Below are positions 30,461 to 41,667 of a stretch of DNA of 64,000 nt, one piece after another (within the stretch, counting starts at the first letter, position 1; each line of letters starts with the position of its first letter). The stretch is from positions 384,001-448,000 of the forward strand of contig CAVUKA010000001.1 of NCBI GenBank assembly GCA_963741945.1, in the 5' to 3' direction. A model generated the notes under the pieces. That model was not told the DNA's origin, ran no database searches, and saw only the letters and a list, made by a program, of their open reading frames with translations. Origin of the DNA: an uncultured Gemmatimonadales bacterium. GTDB lineage: Bacteria; Gemmatimonadota; Gemmatimonadetes; Longimicrobiales; RSA9. A program made the translations under genes and the position numbers.

Positions 30461-31396
30461 CTACGTTTCCAGCACCTGCCGGCTGAACGCCCGGGGATCG
30501 AAGGACTCCAGGTCGCCTGCGTCCTCCCCCGTTCCCACGAGCTTCACCGGGAGGTCGAACTGCTCCTTCAGCGCCACGACCACCCCGCCCTTGGCCGTGC
30601 TGTCCAGCTTCGCCAGGATCAATCCGCTTAGCTCGAGCGAGCGGCTGAACTCCTCCGCCTGGCGGATCGCGTTCTGCCCCACAGTGGCATCGAGCACCAG
30701 CAGCGTCTCGTGCGGCGCGCCCTCCACCTTCCGGGCCAGCACGCGCCCGACCTTCGACAGCTCCTGCATCAGGTCTCCCTGTGTGTGCAGCCGCCCGGCC
30801 GTATCCACGATGACCGTGTCGCAGCCCCGGCTGCGGGCGGCGTCCACGGCGTCGAAGGCCACCGAGGCGGGATCCGCGCCCGGCCGTGCCCCGACGAACT
30901 CGGAGCCGGTGCGCTCCGCCCAGATCCGGAGCTGGTCGATCGCCCCCGCGCGGAACGTGTCCCCGGCGGCGAGCAGCACCCGGCGCCGGTCCCGCGCCAG
31001 GCGCTGGGCGAGCTTCCCGATGCTCGTGGTCTTGCCCACGCCGTTCACACCCACCACCAGCACCACCGCCAGCTCACCCGCGGCCGGGAGCCGCAGCGAG
31101 CGGTCCGTCTGGCCGGAGTCCAGGATCCGCTGGATCTCCGCTTCCACCGCGTGCCGGAACTCGGCCTCCGTTGTCACCTTTCCAGTGCGCGTCAGGTCCT
31201 CGACGTGGTCCACCAGCCGCACCGTGGCCTTCACCCCGAAATCGCTCGCCAGCAGAAGGTCTTCCAGTCGCTCCAGTGCGTCGTGATCCAGCCCGCCGCG
31301 CATCACCACGCCCACATCTGTCAGCGCGATCTCCTTCACGCGCTGCCACAGCGACTTCTTCTCTTCACCCGTTCTGAACAACCTGGACTTCGCCAC
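30461..31396 (-). CDS. ftsY: SRP receptor FtsY
   Basis: [36 protein letters not shown] start after GGGGAGG. Confidence 0.97.
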   Translation of the reverse strand: MAKSRLFRTGEEKKSLWQRVKEIALTDVGVVMRGGLDHDALERLEDLLLASDFGVKATVRLVDHVEDLTRTGKVTTEAEFRHAVEAEIQRILDSGQTDRSLRLPAAGELAVVLVVGVNGVGKTTSIGKLAQRLARDRRRVLLAAGDTFRAGAIDQLRIWAERTGSEFVGARPGADPASVAFDAVDAARSRGCDTVIVDTAGRLHTQGDLMQELSKVGRVLARKVEGAPHETLLVLDATVGQNAIRQAEEFSRSLELSGLILAKLDSTAKGGVVVALKEQFDLPVKLVGTGEDAGDLESFDPRAFSRQVLET

Positions 31397-31641
31397 GTAC
31401 CTCCCCTTCGGTTCTCCCCATCTCCATGTCCGTGCAGGCCCCAGCGCCAATGCAGCACCCGCTCTGCACTCGACAGCATGACCGGCGCCACGCACGGCCG
31501 CGGCTGCGCGTGCACCCCTGGGAAGGCGTACAGCATCCAGGCCGTGCGGTCCAGGGCCATCCGGGACGGGAACGTGCGAGCGAGCGACGCCGCACGCCAG
31601 GGGGCGTCGTCGGAGCTGCGAGGAGTGAACGGCCGGGAAGC

Positions 31642-32952
31642 TCAGTTGGCTGAAGGCGAGCCCGGCGATGCGGTGTCGGCAGCCAGCTTGGTCCCCTCCG
31701 GGGCTGGCCCGGAAAGGGCGGCCAGGACCCGCATGCGGTCCGCGACAAGGGTGTCGAAGGCCGCCCTGTATTCCCTGGCCACTGGCGGCGCCGACGGCAG
31801 TCGCACCTTGCGCGGGTCGGTGGGGTTTCCGGACAGGCGCATCTCGTAATGGACGTGCGGGCCGGTGGCGAGGCCGGTGGCGCCGGCGTAGCCGATCACC
31901 TGCCCCTGTTTCACGTGCGCCCCCTTCCGGATGCCCTTGGCGAAGCGACTCATGTGCCCGTAGCGCGTCTCATAGCCGTTGCCATGATTGATCCGCACCA
32001 GGTTTCCGTAGCCGCCGTCCCACGCCGCCCAGACCACCGTCCCATCGGCCGTGCTCTTCACGGGCGTGCCGCGTGCCGCACCGAAATCGGTGCCCAGATG
32101 GGGGCGGCTCCGCTTGAGGACGGGATGGTAGCGGTTCCGGGAGAAATTCGACGTGATGCGGGGGAAGTCCACCGGATACCGGAGAAAGGCGAGCCGAAGC
32201 GACCGGCCATCGGGCCGGAAGTAGTCACCGCCGTCGCCACGGGGATCGAAGTGGATCGCCTCCAGATCACGATCGTGGCTCTGGATGTCGGCGATCAGCA
32301 CCCGCGAGGCGCGGGAGGTGCCATCAGGACGCGCCTCCCTCTCGAACACCACGCGGAAAGCGTCGCCGGGTTGCATGTCGTGCGCGAAATCGATTTCCCA
32401 GCCGTAGATATGGGCCAGGCTCCAGACCATCCCCTCCCGTTCCTTCAGCGGTAGATCGAGCCCGGGATTGTTCACGATCTCCGAGTAGATGCTGCCGCCG
32501 TCGCCCAGGACGCCCGCGATCGCCACGGTGTCCACGGTGACGGGCGTCAGCAGGAGCCGCCCCGTCCATCCCAGGGCGCTCCGCTCCAGACGCACGGTGC
32601 TGTCGGCGTTCAGCCAGACATCTACCGCCCTCGGCGTCTGGTCATCGGCCGAGCGGTGCACCACCACGGGGGTGTTCACCCGCACTCGCCGCGGGTCCAT
32701 CTGCTCCCGCACGGCCAGGAGCAGCTCGGCCAGGTCCGCGGACAGCCCTGAGCGCCCGAAAACCTCCGACAGCGTCTCGCCTCGCTGGACCACCTGTCTG
32801 GCCAGCACTTCCGCCGCCGGCGCGTCCATGACCGGCAGCAACGGCGCCGTGAACGCGGGATCGACCGCGGGGGAAGGGCGCACAACCACGAACCCGGCGC
32901 CCAGAAGCCCCAGCAGCCCGAGCAGAATCACTCGGATCCGTATCTTCATCAA
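31642..32952 (-). CDS. M23 family peptidoglycan endopeptidase (MepM/Csd3-like)
   Basis: N-terminal TM; HLGTDF, GGYGN, YGHMS, TGPHVHYE. Confidence 0.9.
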   Translation of the reverse strand: MMKIRIRVILLGLLGLLGAGFVVVRPSPAVDPAFTAPLLPVMDAPAAEVLARQVVQRGETLSEVFGRSGLSADLAELLLAVREQMDPRRVRVNTPVVVHRSADDQTPRAVDVWLNADSTVRLERSALGWTGRLLLTPVTVDTVAIAGVLGDGGSIYSEIVNNPGLDLPLKEREGMVWSLAHIYGWEIDFAHDMQPGDAFRVVFEREARPDGTSRASRVLIADIQSHDRDLEAIHFDPRGDGGDYFRPDGRSLRLAFLRYPVDFPRITSNFSRNRYHPVLKRSRPHLGTDFGAARGTPVKSTADGTVVWAAWDGGYGNLVRINHGNGYETRYGHMSRFAKGIRKGAHVKQGQVIGYAGATGLATGPHVHYEMRLSGNPTDPRKVRLPSAPPVAREYRAAFDTLVADRMRVLAALSGPAPEGTKLAADTASPGSPSAN

Positions 32953-32972
32953 TACCTCGCGATCCCCGCGAT

Positions 32973-34310
32973 CTAGTCCATCTGGCGACGAATGAATGTC
33001 GGAATGTCTAGGTCCGATAGCTCGTGTTTCGCAAGGGGGCGCTCCGGCGGACGTGGGAACGGCAGCGCTTCTGCATAGCTGCTGTCGACCGATCCGCTGC
33101 GGGGAGGCGACGGCGGGGACACCGGCCGTTCGTGCTGAGTTCGGCTCTCCCGCGGCTCCGGGGCGTGGCGCGGCTCGCGTGCTTCGCGGCCGTAGCCACC
33201 CGTCGAGGCAACCGGGCCATCGTGCGTCGCATAACCGCCACCCACGGCCGCGTATGCGCCGCTGGCGTAGGCGGTGACGCCGCCGGCGGCGGCCATCTGA
33301 CGCTCACGCCCGAAAGCGGGCCGGATCACCCCGTTGACACGCTCTTCCTCCGTCACCAGCCCGGTGGCGATGACGGTGACCCGGACTTCACCCTCCAGCT
33401 CCGGCGCGTGCACCGCTCCGAAGATGATCTCCGCTTCCTCGCCCGCGCCCTCCTGGATGATCGAGGCGATGGTCGTCACCTCGTCGATGGTCAGGTCCAT
33501 TCCGCCGGTGATGTTGATGAGCACGCCCTGCGCTCCGTTGATGGACACGTTGTCCAGCAGCGGACTGGAGATCGCCTCCTGGGCGGCATCCACCGCGCGG
33601 TTCTCTCCCTGCCCGTACCCCGTGCCCATGAGCGCCGGCCCTCGGCTGGCCATGACCGTCCGCACGTCGGCGAAGTCCACGTTCACTTCACCCGTGACGT
33701 GGATGAGGTCGCTGATCCCGCGCGTGGCGTGCAGCAGCACTTCGTCCGCCTTCTTCAGCGCGTCGCGGAAGGACGTCCCCTTCCCCACTACGCTCAGCAG
33801 GCGCTCGTTGGGCACGACGATCACGGTATCCGCGGTGCGCCGCAGCTCGGCCAGCCCCTGCTCCGCCTGGCGCATCCGCTTCTTGCCCTCGAAGAGGAAC
33901 GGGCGCGTGACCACGCCGATCGTGAGCGCGCCCATCTCCCGCGCCATCTCCGCAATGATCGGCGCGGCGCCCGTCCCGGTGCCGCCGCCCATCCCTGCCG
34001 TCACGAACACCAGGTCCGCGCTCTCCAGGACGCGGCGCACCTCGTCGCGGCTTTCCTCCATCGCCTGCCGCCCGATCTCGGGGCGCGCGCCGGCGCCCAG
34101 TCCGCGCGTCAGCTTCTTTCCGATCTGGATCTTCAGCTGCGACTTCGAATGCTTCAGCGCCTGCGCGTCCGTGTTGACGCTGATGAAGTCCACGCCCTCC
34201 AGGTCCTCGTCGATCATGCGGTTCACGGCGTTGCCGCCGCCACCGCCGACCCCCACGACCTTCATGTGCGCGTTCCGAGCAGCGGCTTCCTCGAACTCGA
34301 AGATCATCAT
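32973..34310 (-). CDS. ftsZ: Cell division protein FtsZ
   Basis: [27 protein letters not shown]-terminal core DIPTFIR. Confidence 0.99.
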   Translation of the reverse strand: MMIFEFEEAAARNAHMKVVGVGGGGGNAVNRMIDEDLEGVDFISVNTDAQALKHSKSQLKIQIGKKLTRGLGAGARPEIGRQAMEESRDEVRRVLESADLVFVTAGMGGGTGTGAAPIIAEMAREMGALTIGVVTRPFLFEGKKRMRQAEQGLAELRRTADTVIVVPNERLLSVVGKGTSFRDALKKADEVLLHATRGISDLIHVTGEVNVDFADVRTVMASRGPALMGTGYGQGENRAVDAAQEAISSPLLDNVSINGAQGVLINITGGMDLTIDEVTTIASIIQEGAGEEAEIIFGAVHAPELEGEVRVTVIATGLVTEEERVNGVIRPAFGRERQMAAAGGVTAYASGAYAAVGGGYATHDGPVASTGGYGREAREPRHAPEPRESRTQHERPVSPPSPPRSGSVDSSYAEALPFPRPPERPLAKHELSDLDIPTFIRRQMD

Positions 34311-34503
34311 CGTCAACCCTCCCTTGGGTCCGTGGGGAGCGGGGCCGCATCGCCCGTCACTCCTCGTGAACACTCATTCCCGTCCTCACGCCAGCTCTCC
34401 GGGCGGCGACGCCGGCAGGCGCCCCACCCATCTATCCCGCTGAAGGCCTCCGCCCTCATCGTTTCCAGCCGCGGCACCGCAGGCGCCACCCGCGCTCGTG
34501 CAA

Positions 34504-35724
34504 TCAGAAGAATTCCCGCAGCCAGGCGAACACCTGGCCCACCACGCCGGGCATTCCGCCGCCTGTGGCCAGACGCGACTCGGCGCCGAACAGCGCGAGT
34601 CCGGTGGCCGTGGCGAAACGCTGCTTGCGCACGGCGTCCGCCAGGCCGCCCAGCCCGGCCCCCGGCACGCCCACCCTCGCGGGCATGCCGAACACGTGAT
34701 GCGCCAGGTCCACGGCGCCGAGCAGCTCTGACCCGCCACCCGTCAGCACCACGCCGGCGCCCAGCTCTTCCGCCTGGCCCGCCCGCTCCAGCTCGGTGGA
34801 GACGAGCTCCAGGATCTCGTCGAGACGCTGCTCGATGATGTGGGCGATGAGCTCGCGGGCGATCTCGCGGCGCGTCCCCGGGTTCGGTCCCGGCAGATCC
34901 ACGGTCTCGCGCGGGTCCACCATCTGTGCGGAAGCGACGCCGTGCTGCTCCTTCGCCCGCTCCGCCTCCGCGAACGGGATCGAGAGACCCTTCACCAGGT
35001 CGTTGGTGATCGCGGCGCTGCCCCAGGGGATCGTGGCCAGGTGCTCGGTCTTGCTGTCCCGGAACACGGCCAGCTCGGTGGTGCCCGCGCCCAGGTCGAC
35101 CAGCGCCACGCCCACTTCACGCTCGTCCTCCGCCAGCACCGCCCGTGCATCCGCCAGGGGCTCGTGGACGAACGCCTCCACCTTGTAGCCGGCTCGGCTG
35201 ACCGCCTTGCGCAGGTTCGCGGTGGCCGTGCCGCTGCACGTGATGATGTAGACTTCGGCTTCGAGCCGGGTGCCGGCCATCCCCACCGGGTCCCGGATCT
35301 CCGCCTGCCCATCCACGCGGTACTCCTGCGGCAGCACGTGCAGCACCTCACGGTCGCTCGGCACCACCACCGCCCGGGCCACTTCGTGTACCCGCTCCAC
35401 GTCCCCCGGCCCGATCTCGCCGCCCCCCACCGCCACCACGCCCGTGGAGACATTGGCGTCAATGTGGTTGCCCGCGATCCCGACGAAGACGCGATCGGCG
35501 CGCACGCCGGCCATGAGCTCGGCCTCCTTCATGGCCGTGCGCACCGATTCCGTGGTCTCCTCCAGATCCGTGACCACGTCGCGACGGATGCCGCCGGTGC
35601 GCGACTGCCCGACGCCCAGGATCCGGTGCACCGGGGCACGCTCCTCCTCGACGCTGACTTCCAGCAGCACCGCGCAGGTCTTGGTGGAGCCGATATCCAG
35701 ACCGGCGACAACGAACGTGCTCAT
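34504..35724 (-). CDS. ftsA: Cell division protein FtsA
   Basis: GLDIGSTK, VDLGAGTT, VLTGGG, C-terminal amphipathic WLREFF. Confidence 0.97.
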   Translation of the reverse strand: MSTFVVAGLDIGSTKTCAVLLEVSVEEERAPVHRILGVGQSRTGGIRRDVVTDLEETTESVRTAMKEAELMAGVRADRVFVGIAGNHIDANVSTGVVAVGGGEIGPGDVERVHEVARAVVVPSDREVLHVLPQEYRVDGQAEIRDPVGMAGTRLEAEVYIITCSGTATANLRKAVSRAGYKVEAFVHEPLADARAVLAEDEREVGVALVDLGAGTTELAVFRDSKTEHLATIPWGSAAITNDLVKGLSIPFAEAERAKEQHGVASAQMVDPRETVDLPGPNPGTRREIARELIAHIIEQRLDEILELVSTELERAGQAEELGAGVVLTGGGSELLGAVDLAHHVFGMPARVGVPGAGLGGLADAVRKQRFATATGLALFGAESRLATGGGMPGVVGQVFAWLREFF

Positions 35725-35726
35725 CT

Positions 35727-36479
35727 TCAGCTCATGGGTGTGGAGAGGAACGAAACCACTACCTGGTCGCGGAACCGGACGTCGATCCGGCGCACACCAC
35801 CGAGGTCGCCCCGCGCGGCGAGATCGGCGTAGGCCAGGCGCAGCTGGTTGAGCTGGGCCTCGCTGGGGACCAGCGGGAGCAGCGCCTCGGCCCGCTCGCC
35901 GCGGAACAGGACCCGCAGCGCGCCGGGCAGTACCTCGATCATGGAGATGCGTTCGGCGAACTCCGGCGCCCGCTGCTCGACCCAGTGGAGCGCCGCGATC
36001 GCCGCCGCGGCCTGAGGGCCGGCCAGACTGTCGTGCGCGACCGACACGCCGAGCAGGATCGGCAGGTCCACGGCCGAGCGCACCGGGTCCATGGCCAGGA
36101 TCCGGCCCCCCGCGTCCACGGCTTTCAGGTCGTCCGCGGCCACGAGGGCCACCGGTTCCACTTCCCTGACCTCCAGCACCACGGTTCCCGGCAGCCGGCG
36201 GTGCGTCCGGGCGTCGCGCACCATGGGGAGTCGCAGCATGCCCGCGCGCCACGCGTCGGCGTCATCGAAGACGCTGGAGGCGCTGTCGATCCCGGACGCC
36301 CGCACCACTGCGTACGGCTCCACGTATCGCGTACCGGCCACCTCCACACGCTCCACCCGGAACGCGCCCACGTGCCGCAGACCCCGCGGAGCCAGCCACG
36401 CCAGTGCGCCGGCGAGAGCGAGCCCGGCCGCCACGACGCCGAAGCGCGCGAATTGCCGCGCCGCCGCACGGATCCTCAT
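35727..36479 (-). CDS. ftsQ: Cell division protein FtsQ/DivIB
   Basis: TM segment, POTRA-like region, C-terminal IDVRFRDQVVV; dcw position. Confidence 0.85.
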   Translation of the reverse strand: MRIRAAARQFARFGVVAAGLALAGALAWLAPRGLRHVGAFRVERVEVAGTRYVEPYAVVRASGIDSASSVFDDADAWRAGMLRLPMVRDARTHRRLPGTVVLEVREVEPVALVAADDLKAVDAGGRILAMDPVRSAVDLPILLGVSVAHDSLAGPQAAAAIAALHWVEQRAPEFAERISMIEVLPGALRVLFRGERAEALLPLVPSEAQLNQLRLAYADLAARGDLGGVRRIDVRFRDQVVVSFLSTPMS

Positions 36480-37912
36480 GTCCCGGCCTCCTCCAGCCGA
36501 CGGGCCAGCGCGTGGGCGTGGTCCGTGATGTCGCCGGCGCCCATGAGCAGGCAGACATCACCGGCGGCCAGCGCCTGCGCCAGCGCGTCCTCGAGCCCGG
36601 TGATCTCCGGCCGGTACGTCGTCGCCCCGACGCCCGCCTGCCGCGCCGCCGTGGCCACCAGCTCACCCGTGACCCCTTCGATCGGCGACTCCCGGGCCGG
36701 GTACACGTCCGTGACCCAGACCTCGTCCGCGGCCGCAAGTGCGCTGCCGAATGCCCGCCAGTGTTCGCGCGTCCGGCTGTAGAGGTGTGGCTGGAACACT
36801 GCCACCAGCCGCCGACCGCCGAAGCGCGCGCGCGCGGCCGACATCGTCGCCGCCACTTCCGTTGGGTGATGCGCGTAATCGTCGATGACCGTCACACCGC
36901 CGGCGTCCGTCAGCCGCTCGAAGCGACGCTCCACGCCGGCGAAGTGCGCCAGGCCACGGCGGACCAGCTCGGGATCCGCACCGAGGTGCTGCGCCGCGGC
37001 GAGCGCGCCGAGAGCGTTCCGGATGTTGTGAGCCCCGGGAGCGGCCACGGTGAAGTCGCCCTCGGACCGGCCCGAGCGGGTCACATGGAAGTGCGTGGTG
37101 CCGCCAACCAGCTCCAGCCGGTCCGCGCTCAGCATCGCCCCCGGGCCGAGACCGAACGTCAGGACTCGCTCCGCGGGAAGGCGCTCCGCCAGTGCGGCGA
37201 CGCCGGGGTCGTCCGTGCAAAGCGCGATCAGGCCGGTGTCGGGGACGGGCTCGAGAAACGCCAGGAACGCGTCATGGAGCGCGTCCAGGTCCCCGTAGAT
37301 CTCCATGTGGTCCGGCTCGATGGTGGTGACCACCGCCACATCCGGACGGAGCGAAAGGAAGGAGCGGTCGTACTCATCCGCCTCGACCACGAAGAGGGGT
37401 CCGCCCGCGCGGAGCCCGCCACCCCAGCCGGGGAGCCTTCCACCGACGAACGCCGTGGGGTCCATGCCCGCTTCTTCGAGCAGCGTAGCGATCATGGCCG
37501 TGGTGGTGGTCTTCCCGTGCGTCCCTGCCACGGCCACCACCCTGCCACGGTTCACCAGCGCGCCCAGGGCGGCCGCCCGCTTGAGCACGGGGATCCCCCG
37601 TTCCGCCGCGGCCGCCAGCTCCTCGTGCTCGGCGGGCACCGCCGCGGTGGTCACGAGCGCCGCCGCGCCCTCCACGTGCGCGGGGTCGTGCCCCTCGACG
37701 ACGGCAAGCCCCAGGGACCGGAGCGCCGGCGGGATCCCGGCCGGACGCGCGTCGCACCCCGTGGCCTTGCCACCGGAGCGCAGCACGTATTCGGCGAGCG
37801 ACGCCATCCCGGCACCGCACACGCCCATGAAATGGATCGGCGCCCGGCGGGCCAGGCCGAGCAGGTCCAGCTCCGCCGCCCTGGAGGCCGTGAGGAAGGG
37901 CGTCGCGCTCAC
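36476..37912 (-). CDS. murC: UDP-N-acetylmuramate--L-alanine ligase
   Basis: HFMGVCGAGM, AGTHGKTTT, EADEYD, DDYAHHPTE, FQPHLYSRT. Confidence 0.97.
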   Translation of the reverse strand: MSATPFLTASRAAELDLLGLARRAPIHFMGVCGAGMASLAEYVLRSGGKATGCDARPAGIPPALRSLGLAVVEGHDPAHVEGAAALVTTAAVPAEHEELAAAAERGIPVLKRAAALGALVNRGRVVAVAGTHGKTTTTAMIATLLEEAGMDPTAFVGGRLPGWGGGLRAGGPLFVVEADEYDRSFLSLRPDVAVVTTIEPDHMEIYGDLDALHDAFLAFLEPVPDTGLIALCTDDPGVAALAERLPAERVLTFGLGPGAMLSADRLELVGGTTHFHVTRSGRSEGDFTVAAPGAHNIRNALGALAAAQHLGADPELVRRGLAHFAGVERRFERLTDAGGVTVIDDYAHHPTEVAATMSAARARFGGRRLVAVFQPHLYSRTREHWRAFGSALAAADEVWVTDVYPARESPIEGVTGELVATAARQAGVGATTYRPEITGLEDALAQALAAGDVCLLMGAGDITDHAHALARRLEEAGT

Positions 37913-39039
37913 GAGCCCTCCACGATCCGCAGCAGGTCCGCCGCGATCTCCGCGGCCGCGTCCGGCCGCGCCCGCTGGCGCGCTCGCCTCGTCATTCGCG
38001 CACGCAGCCCCTCGTCGCCCGCCATCTCCGAGACGGCGGCCCAGAGCCGCTCCGGCGTGGCGCGGAACTCGGGGAGCGCCCGGGCAGCGCCGAACGCGTC
38101 CAGCGCCCGCGCGTTGTGCGTCTGGTGGTCGGCGGCGGCCGTGGGCAGCGGCACCAGGATCGCCGGGATCCCCCAGGCCAGCAATTCGGCGGTGGCCATG
38201 GCGCCCGCCCGCGAAATGGCGAGGTCGGCGGCGGCCAGCGCCTTCGCCATGTCGTCGATGTAGCCGAGCGTACGGACCCAGCTCTCCTGCCCGAGCGCGG
38301 TGACCCGGTCGCGCACGCCTTCGATGTGCGCCGGCCCCGTCGCCCACAGGATCTCCAGCGACGGCGGGCGCTGCAGCGTCCCCGCGGCCACACTGTCCAG
38401 CGCCGCCAGCAGGGCTTCGTTCACGGCCCTGGCTCCCTGGCTCCCGCCCACGACCAGGAGCACCATGGCGTCCGGCGAAAGGTCGAACGCGGACCGGGCC
38501 TCCGCGCGGTCGATGCCGAGATCCGGCACCTGGATCGGGTTGCCGTGCTCGTGCACTTCCGTGCGCCGCCCCGGGCGCAGCCGGTCCGCCGCCTCCGGGA
38601 ATCCGAGGTGGACCTGCCGGGCGTAGCGGCTGAGCAACCGCGTCGTGAGTCCCGGATAGGAGTTCTGCTCCTGGAGCGCGATGGGAACCCCGGTCAGGAG
38701 CGCCCACGCGCACGCGGGACCGCTGGCGTAGCCGCCCGTGCCCACCACGAGCTGCGGCCGGAACGTGGCCGTGAGCCGCGCCAGCCCCAGAACGCTGCCG
38801 AGCATCGACGGCAGGAGCCGCCAGTTCCGCCACGGCCGCTCCCGGCGGATCGGCTCGAACGGAAGCAGACGGTGCGGCACCCCTCGGGCCGGAAGAACGC
38901 GCGATTCCACCCCGCGGCGCGCTCCCACGAACAGGGTGGCCGCCTCCGGGCGGAGAGCGCGGACCGCCGCGGCAATGTTCAGCGCCGGATACAGGTGGCC
39001 GCCCGTGCCGCCGCCCGCGAACAGGATCCGGGCGCTCAC
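37909..39039 (-). CDS. murG: Lipid II GlcNAc transferase MurG
   Basis: GGGTGGHLYP, GGYAS, EQN, GGSQGA, SRAGA, HQTHNA. Confidence 0.97.
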   Translation of the reverse strand: MSARILFAGGGTGGHLYPALNIAAAVRALRPEAATLFVGARRGVESRVLPARGVPHRLLPFEPIRRERPWRNWRLLPSMLGSVLGLARLTATFRPQLVVGTGGYASGPACAWALLTGVPIALQEQNSYPGLTTRLLSRYARQVHLGFPEAADRLRPGRRTEVHEHGNPIQVPDLGIDRAEARSAFDLSPDAMVLLVVGGSQGARAVNEALLAALDSVAAGTLQRPPSLEILWATGPAHIEGVRDRVTALGQESWVRTLGYIDDMAKALAAADLAISRAGAMATAELLAWGIPAILVPLPTAAADHQTHNARALDAFGAARALPEFRATPERLWAAVSEMAGDEGLRARMTRRARQRARPDAAAEIAADLLRIVEGS

Positions 39040-40280
39040 CGGCTCCCCCCTCGCGCCCGGGCCAGCGCACGGTCGCGGCGGTCGCTGACGCGGGCGATGC
39101 TGATGAGGATCCCCACCGCGGTCAGGCTCACGATGAGGCTGGAGCGGCCATACGAGAGGAACGGCAGCGTCACGCCCGTGGGCGGAACGAGCGCCAGATT
39201 CACGGCCATGTGCATGAAGCCCTGGATCACGATCAGGTTCGTGACTCCCAGCGCCAGCAGGAAGCCGAACAGGTCGGACGCGCCCCGGGCAATGCGGTAG
39301 CCGATGAGTGCGAACGCGACGAACAGCAACACCAGCCCCGCCACCCCGAGGTAGCCCCACTCCTCGCCCGTCATGGCCAGGATGAAATCGTTGTGCGGCT
39401 CCGGGAGGAAGCCGAACTTCTGCATCCCGCGGCCGAACCCGCGCCCCAGCAGGCCGCCGCTCCCCAGCGCGATCAGCGACTGGTGGATCTGGTAGCTCAG
39501 GTTCGACACGTCGCCGTGCGGGTCCAGGAACGCTTTCACCCGCGCCACGCGGTAGCCCACGTGCGCCACCTGCGACCACACCAGCGGGAGCGCCGCGGCA
39601 CCCACCACAACGAAGTGGCCGGGGCGCGCACCGCCTGCATACGCCACCAGGCAGGCCAGCATCAGGGTGAGCGCGGCGGTGGAAAGGTCGGGCTGGAGCA
39701 GGATCAGCCCCACCACCACGCCCCAGATCAGCAGAAGCGGCGCCAACCCCCTGCTCAGGCTGCGCAGCCGGTCCTGCTTCTTCACCACCAGCGCCGCCGT
39801 CCAGATGATGAGAACGAGCTTCGCCAGCTCGGAGGGCTGGATGCCGACGGGCCCCACCAGAAGCCAGCGTCGCGCGCCGTTCGCCCGCGGGGCCAGCGAT
39901 TCCGTACCGGGCACCACCATGACCAGGAGCATCAGGATCACCAGCCCCAGCAGCGGCCAGGCAAGGCCCCGCAGCCGGCGATAATCCAGCTGCGCCGCCA
40001 GCGCCAGTGCCGCCATCCCGACCACCGCTCCCGACATCTGGCGCAACAGGTAGTAGTGCGGCGGGAGCCCGCGCGCCTGCGCCATGACGGCGCTGGCGCT
40101 GTAGACCATGATCAGTCCCACGGAGACGAGCAGGATCGTGATGAGCAGGATCGCACCCGACTCCCACCCGCGTCCCAGCCTGCTGGGGTCCTGGACCGCC
40201 CGCTGCGGTGCGGTAAGCCGCGAGCCCGTCCGACTCACCCCGCGGCCGCCCGCGGCCACACCCAGGGCTCCCGCACTCAT
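39036..40280 (-). CDS. ftsW: SEDS peptidoglycan polymerase FtsW
   Basis: NGARRW, QPSELAK, QPDL, FLPEPHNDFI, GVTLPFLSYG. Confidence 0.96.
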   Translation of the reverse strand: MSAGALGVAAGGRGVSRTGSRLTAPQRAVQDPSRLGRGWESGAILLITILLVSVGLIMVYSASAVMAQARGLPPHYYLLRQMSGAVVGMAALALAAQLDYRRLRGLAWPLLGLVILMLLVMVVPGTESLAPRANGARRWLLVGPVGIQPSELAKLVLIIWTAALVVKKQDRLRSLSRGLAPLLLIWGVVVGLILLQPDLSTAALTLMLACLVAYAGGARPGHFVVVGAAALPLVWSQVAHVGYRVARVKAFLDPHGDVSNLSYQIHQSLIALGSGGLLGRGFGRGMQKFGFLPEPHNDFILAMTGEEWGYLGVAGLVLLFVAFALIGYRIARGASDLFGFLLALGVTNLIVIQGFMHMAVNLALVPPTGVTLPFLSYGRSSLIVSLTAVGILISIARVSDRRDRALARARGGSR

Positions 40281-40284
40281 GAGC

Positions 40285-41667
40285 CTAGCCACGCGCCACC
40301 TCGCCGCTGCGCAGCTCCTCCACGAGCGCACCGAACTGGAGCCCGCGGTCCTCATAGTCGCGGAACATGTCGAAGCTGGCGCACGCCGGCGAAAGCAGCA
40401 CCGCGTCGCCGCGCTCGGCCAGCCGGGAGGCCAGGCCGACGACGGCGCGGAACGGGCCATCGGCCCTGTGCACGTCCACACCCCCGCCCAGATCCGCGAT
40501 GATCCGATCCGCAGCCTCGCCGAACGCCACCACGCCCCGCGCGCGCCGGGACAGCGGCTCCCTCAGCGGCGCGTACGACTCCCCCTTCGCCCGACCTCCG
40601 AGCAGCACCACGGTCGGCCGGTCCATCGCTTCAATGGCGACTTTCGCGGACGCCACGTTCGTCGCCTTGGAATCGTTGACCCACAGCACGCCGTCCACTT
40701 CGCCCACCGGCTCGAGGCGGTGCCGCAGCGGGGGGAAGGAGCGAAGACCATCGCGCAGGGCAATCACGTCCCCGGTGACCGCGTGCGCCGCGAGGGCGGC
40801 GGCCAGAGCGTTGGCGCGATTGTGACCTCCCAGCAGCCTCAACTCGTCCTCGCGGACGAGGGTCTGCTCCTTCCCCGCCACTCGCAGCATCAGGCGGCCA
40901 TCCCCCCCCAGCCACGCCCCATCCTCGTCCCGGAACGGCTCGGACTCCACCCGGAACAGCAGTCTGCGGCCGGGCGCACCCCCCGGCAGCGCGAGGACCT
41001 CAGGATCCTCACCGTTCAGCACCCAGGTGCTCTCCGGACCGGCATTGTCGAAGAGGTGGGCCTTGTCCGCGTAGTAGCTGGCCACGTCGGGGTACCGGTC
41101 CAGGTGGTCCGGGGCCAGGTTCGTCAGCACGCCCACGCGCGCCTCGAACGTCTCGATCCGGCCGAGCTGGTATGAGCTCGCTTCCACCACCACCCAGTCC
41201 GGGCGATGGTCCCTCAGCGCCACTTCGCTCAGCGGCAGCCCGATGTTCCCGGCCGCCGGAGCATCCAGACCGGCGGCCTGGAGCAGATGCGCGATCCACG
41301 CCGTCACCGTGCTCTTTCCGTTCGTTCCCGTCACCGCCACCACCGGCGCCCGGAGATGCCGGAACGCGAACTCGAGCTCGCTCGTCCACGGCACGTCGCG
41401 CAGCTCCGGAGCAGTCAGGACGGGAGCCGTGCTCGGGATCCCGGGGCTGACCACCAGCAGATCGCACGCGGCCAGCGAATCCATGCTGTGCCCGCCCGTC
41501 TCCGCCTCGCCGCCCAGGCGACGGATCTCGGCCGCCGCGTCACCGAGCTCGGGCGTGTCACCGGCGTCGGACGCGTACACGGAGAGACCGGACGCGAGCG
41601 CGAGCTTCGCCGCCGCACGTCCGCTGCGGGCCAGCCCGAGGATTCCAACCGTCGCGGGCGCGCTCAT
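40285..41667 (-). CDS. murD: UDP-MurNAc-L-Ala--D-glutamate ligase
   Basis: GLARSG, VSPGI, TGTNGKST, NDSKATN, LLSPACASFD. Confidence 0.97.
   Translation of the reverse strand: MSAPATVGILGLARSGRAAAKLALASGLSVYASDAGDTPELGDAAAEIRRLGGEAETGGHSMDSLAACDLLVVSPGIPSTAPVLTAPELRDVPWTSELEFAFRHLRAPVVAVTGTNGKSTVTAWIAHLLQAAGLDAPAAGNIGLPLSEVALRDHRPDWVVVEASSYQLGRIETFEARVGVLTNLAPDHLDRYPDVASYYADKAHLFDNAGPESTWVLNGEDPEVLALPGGAPGRRLLFRVESEPFRDEDGAWLGGDGRLMLRVAGKEQTLVREDELRLLGGHNRANALAAALAAHAVTGDVIALRDGLRSFPPLRHRLEPVGEVDGVLWVNDSKATNVASAKVAIEAMDRPTVVLLGGRAKGESYAPLREPLSRRARGVVAFGEAADRIIADLGGGVDVHRADGPFRAVVGLASRLAERGDAVLLSPACASFDMFRDYEDRGLQFGALVEELRSGEVARG

Noticed and set aside
31397-31641. Small ORFs or an ncRNA (such as SRP RNA) in the M23-ftsY gap
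   Set aside because: No SRP domain IV motif, no convincing RBS/ORF and no recognisable structure.
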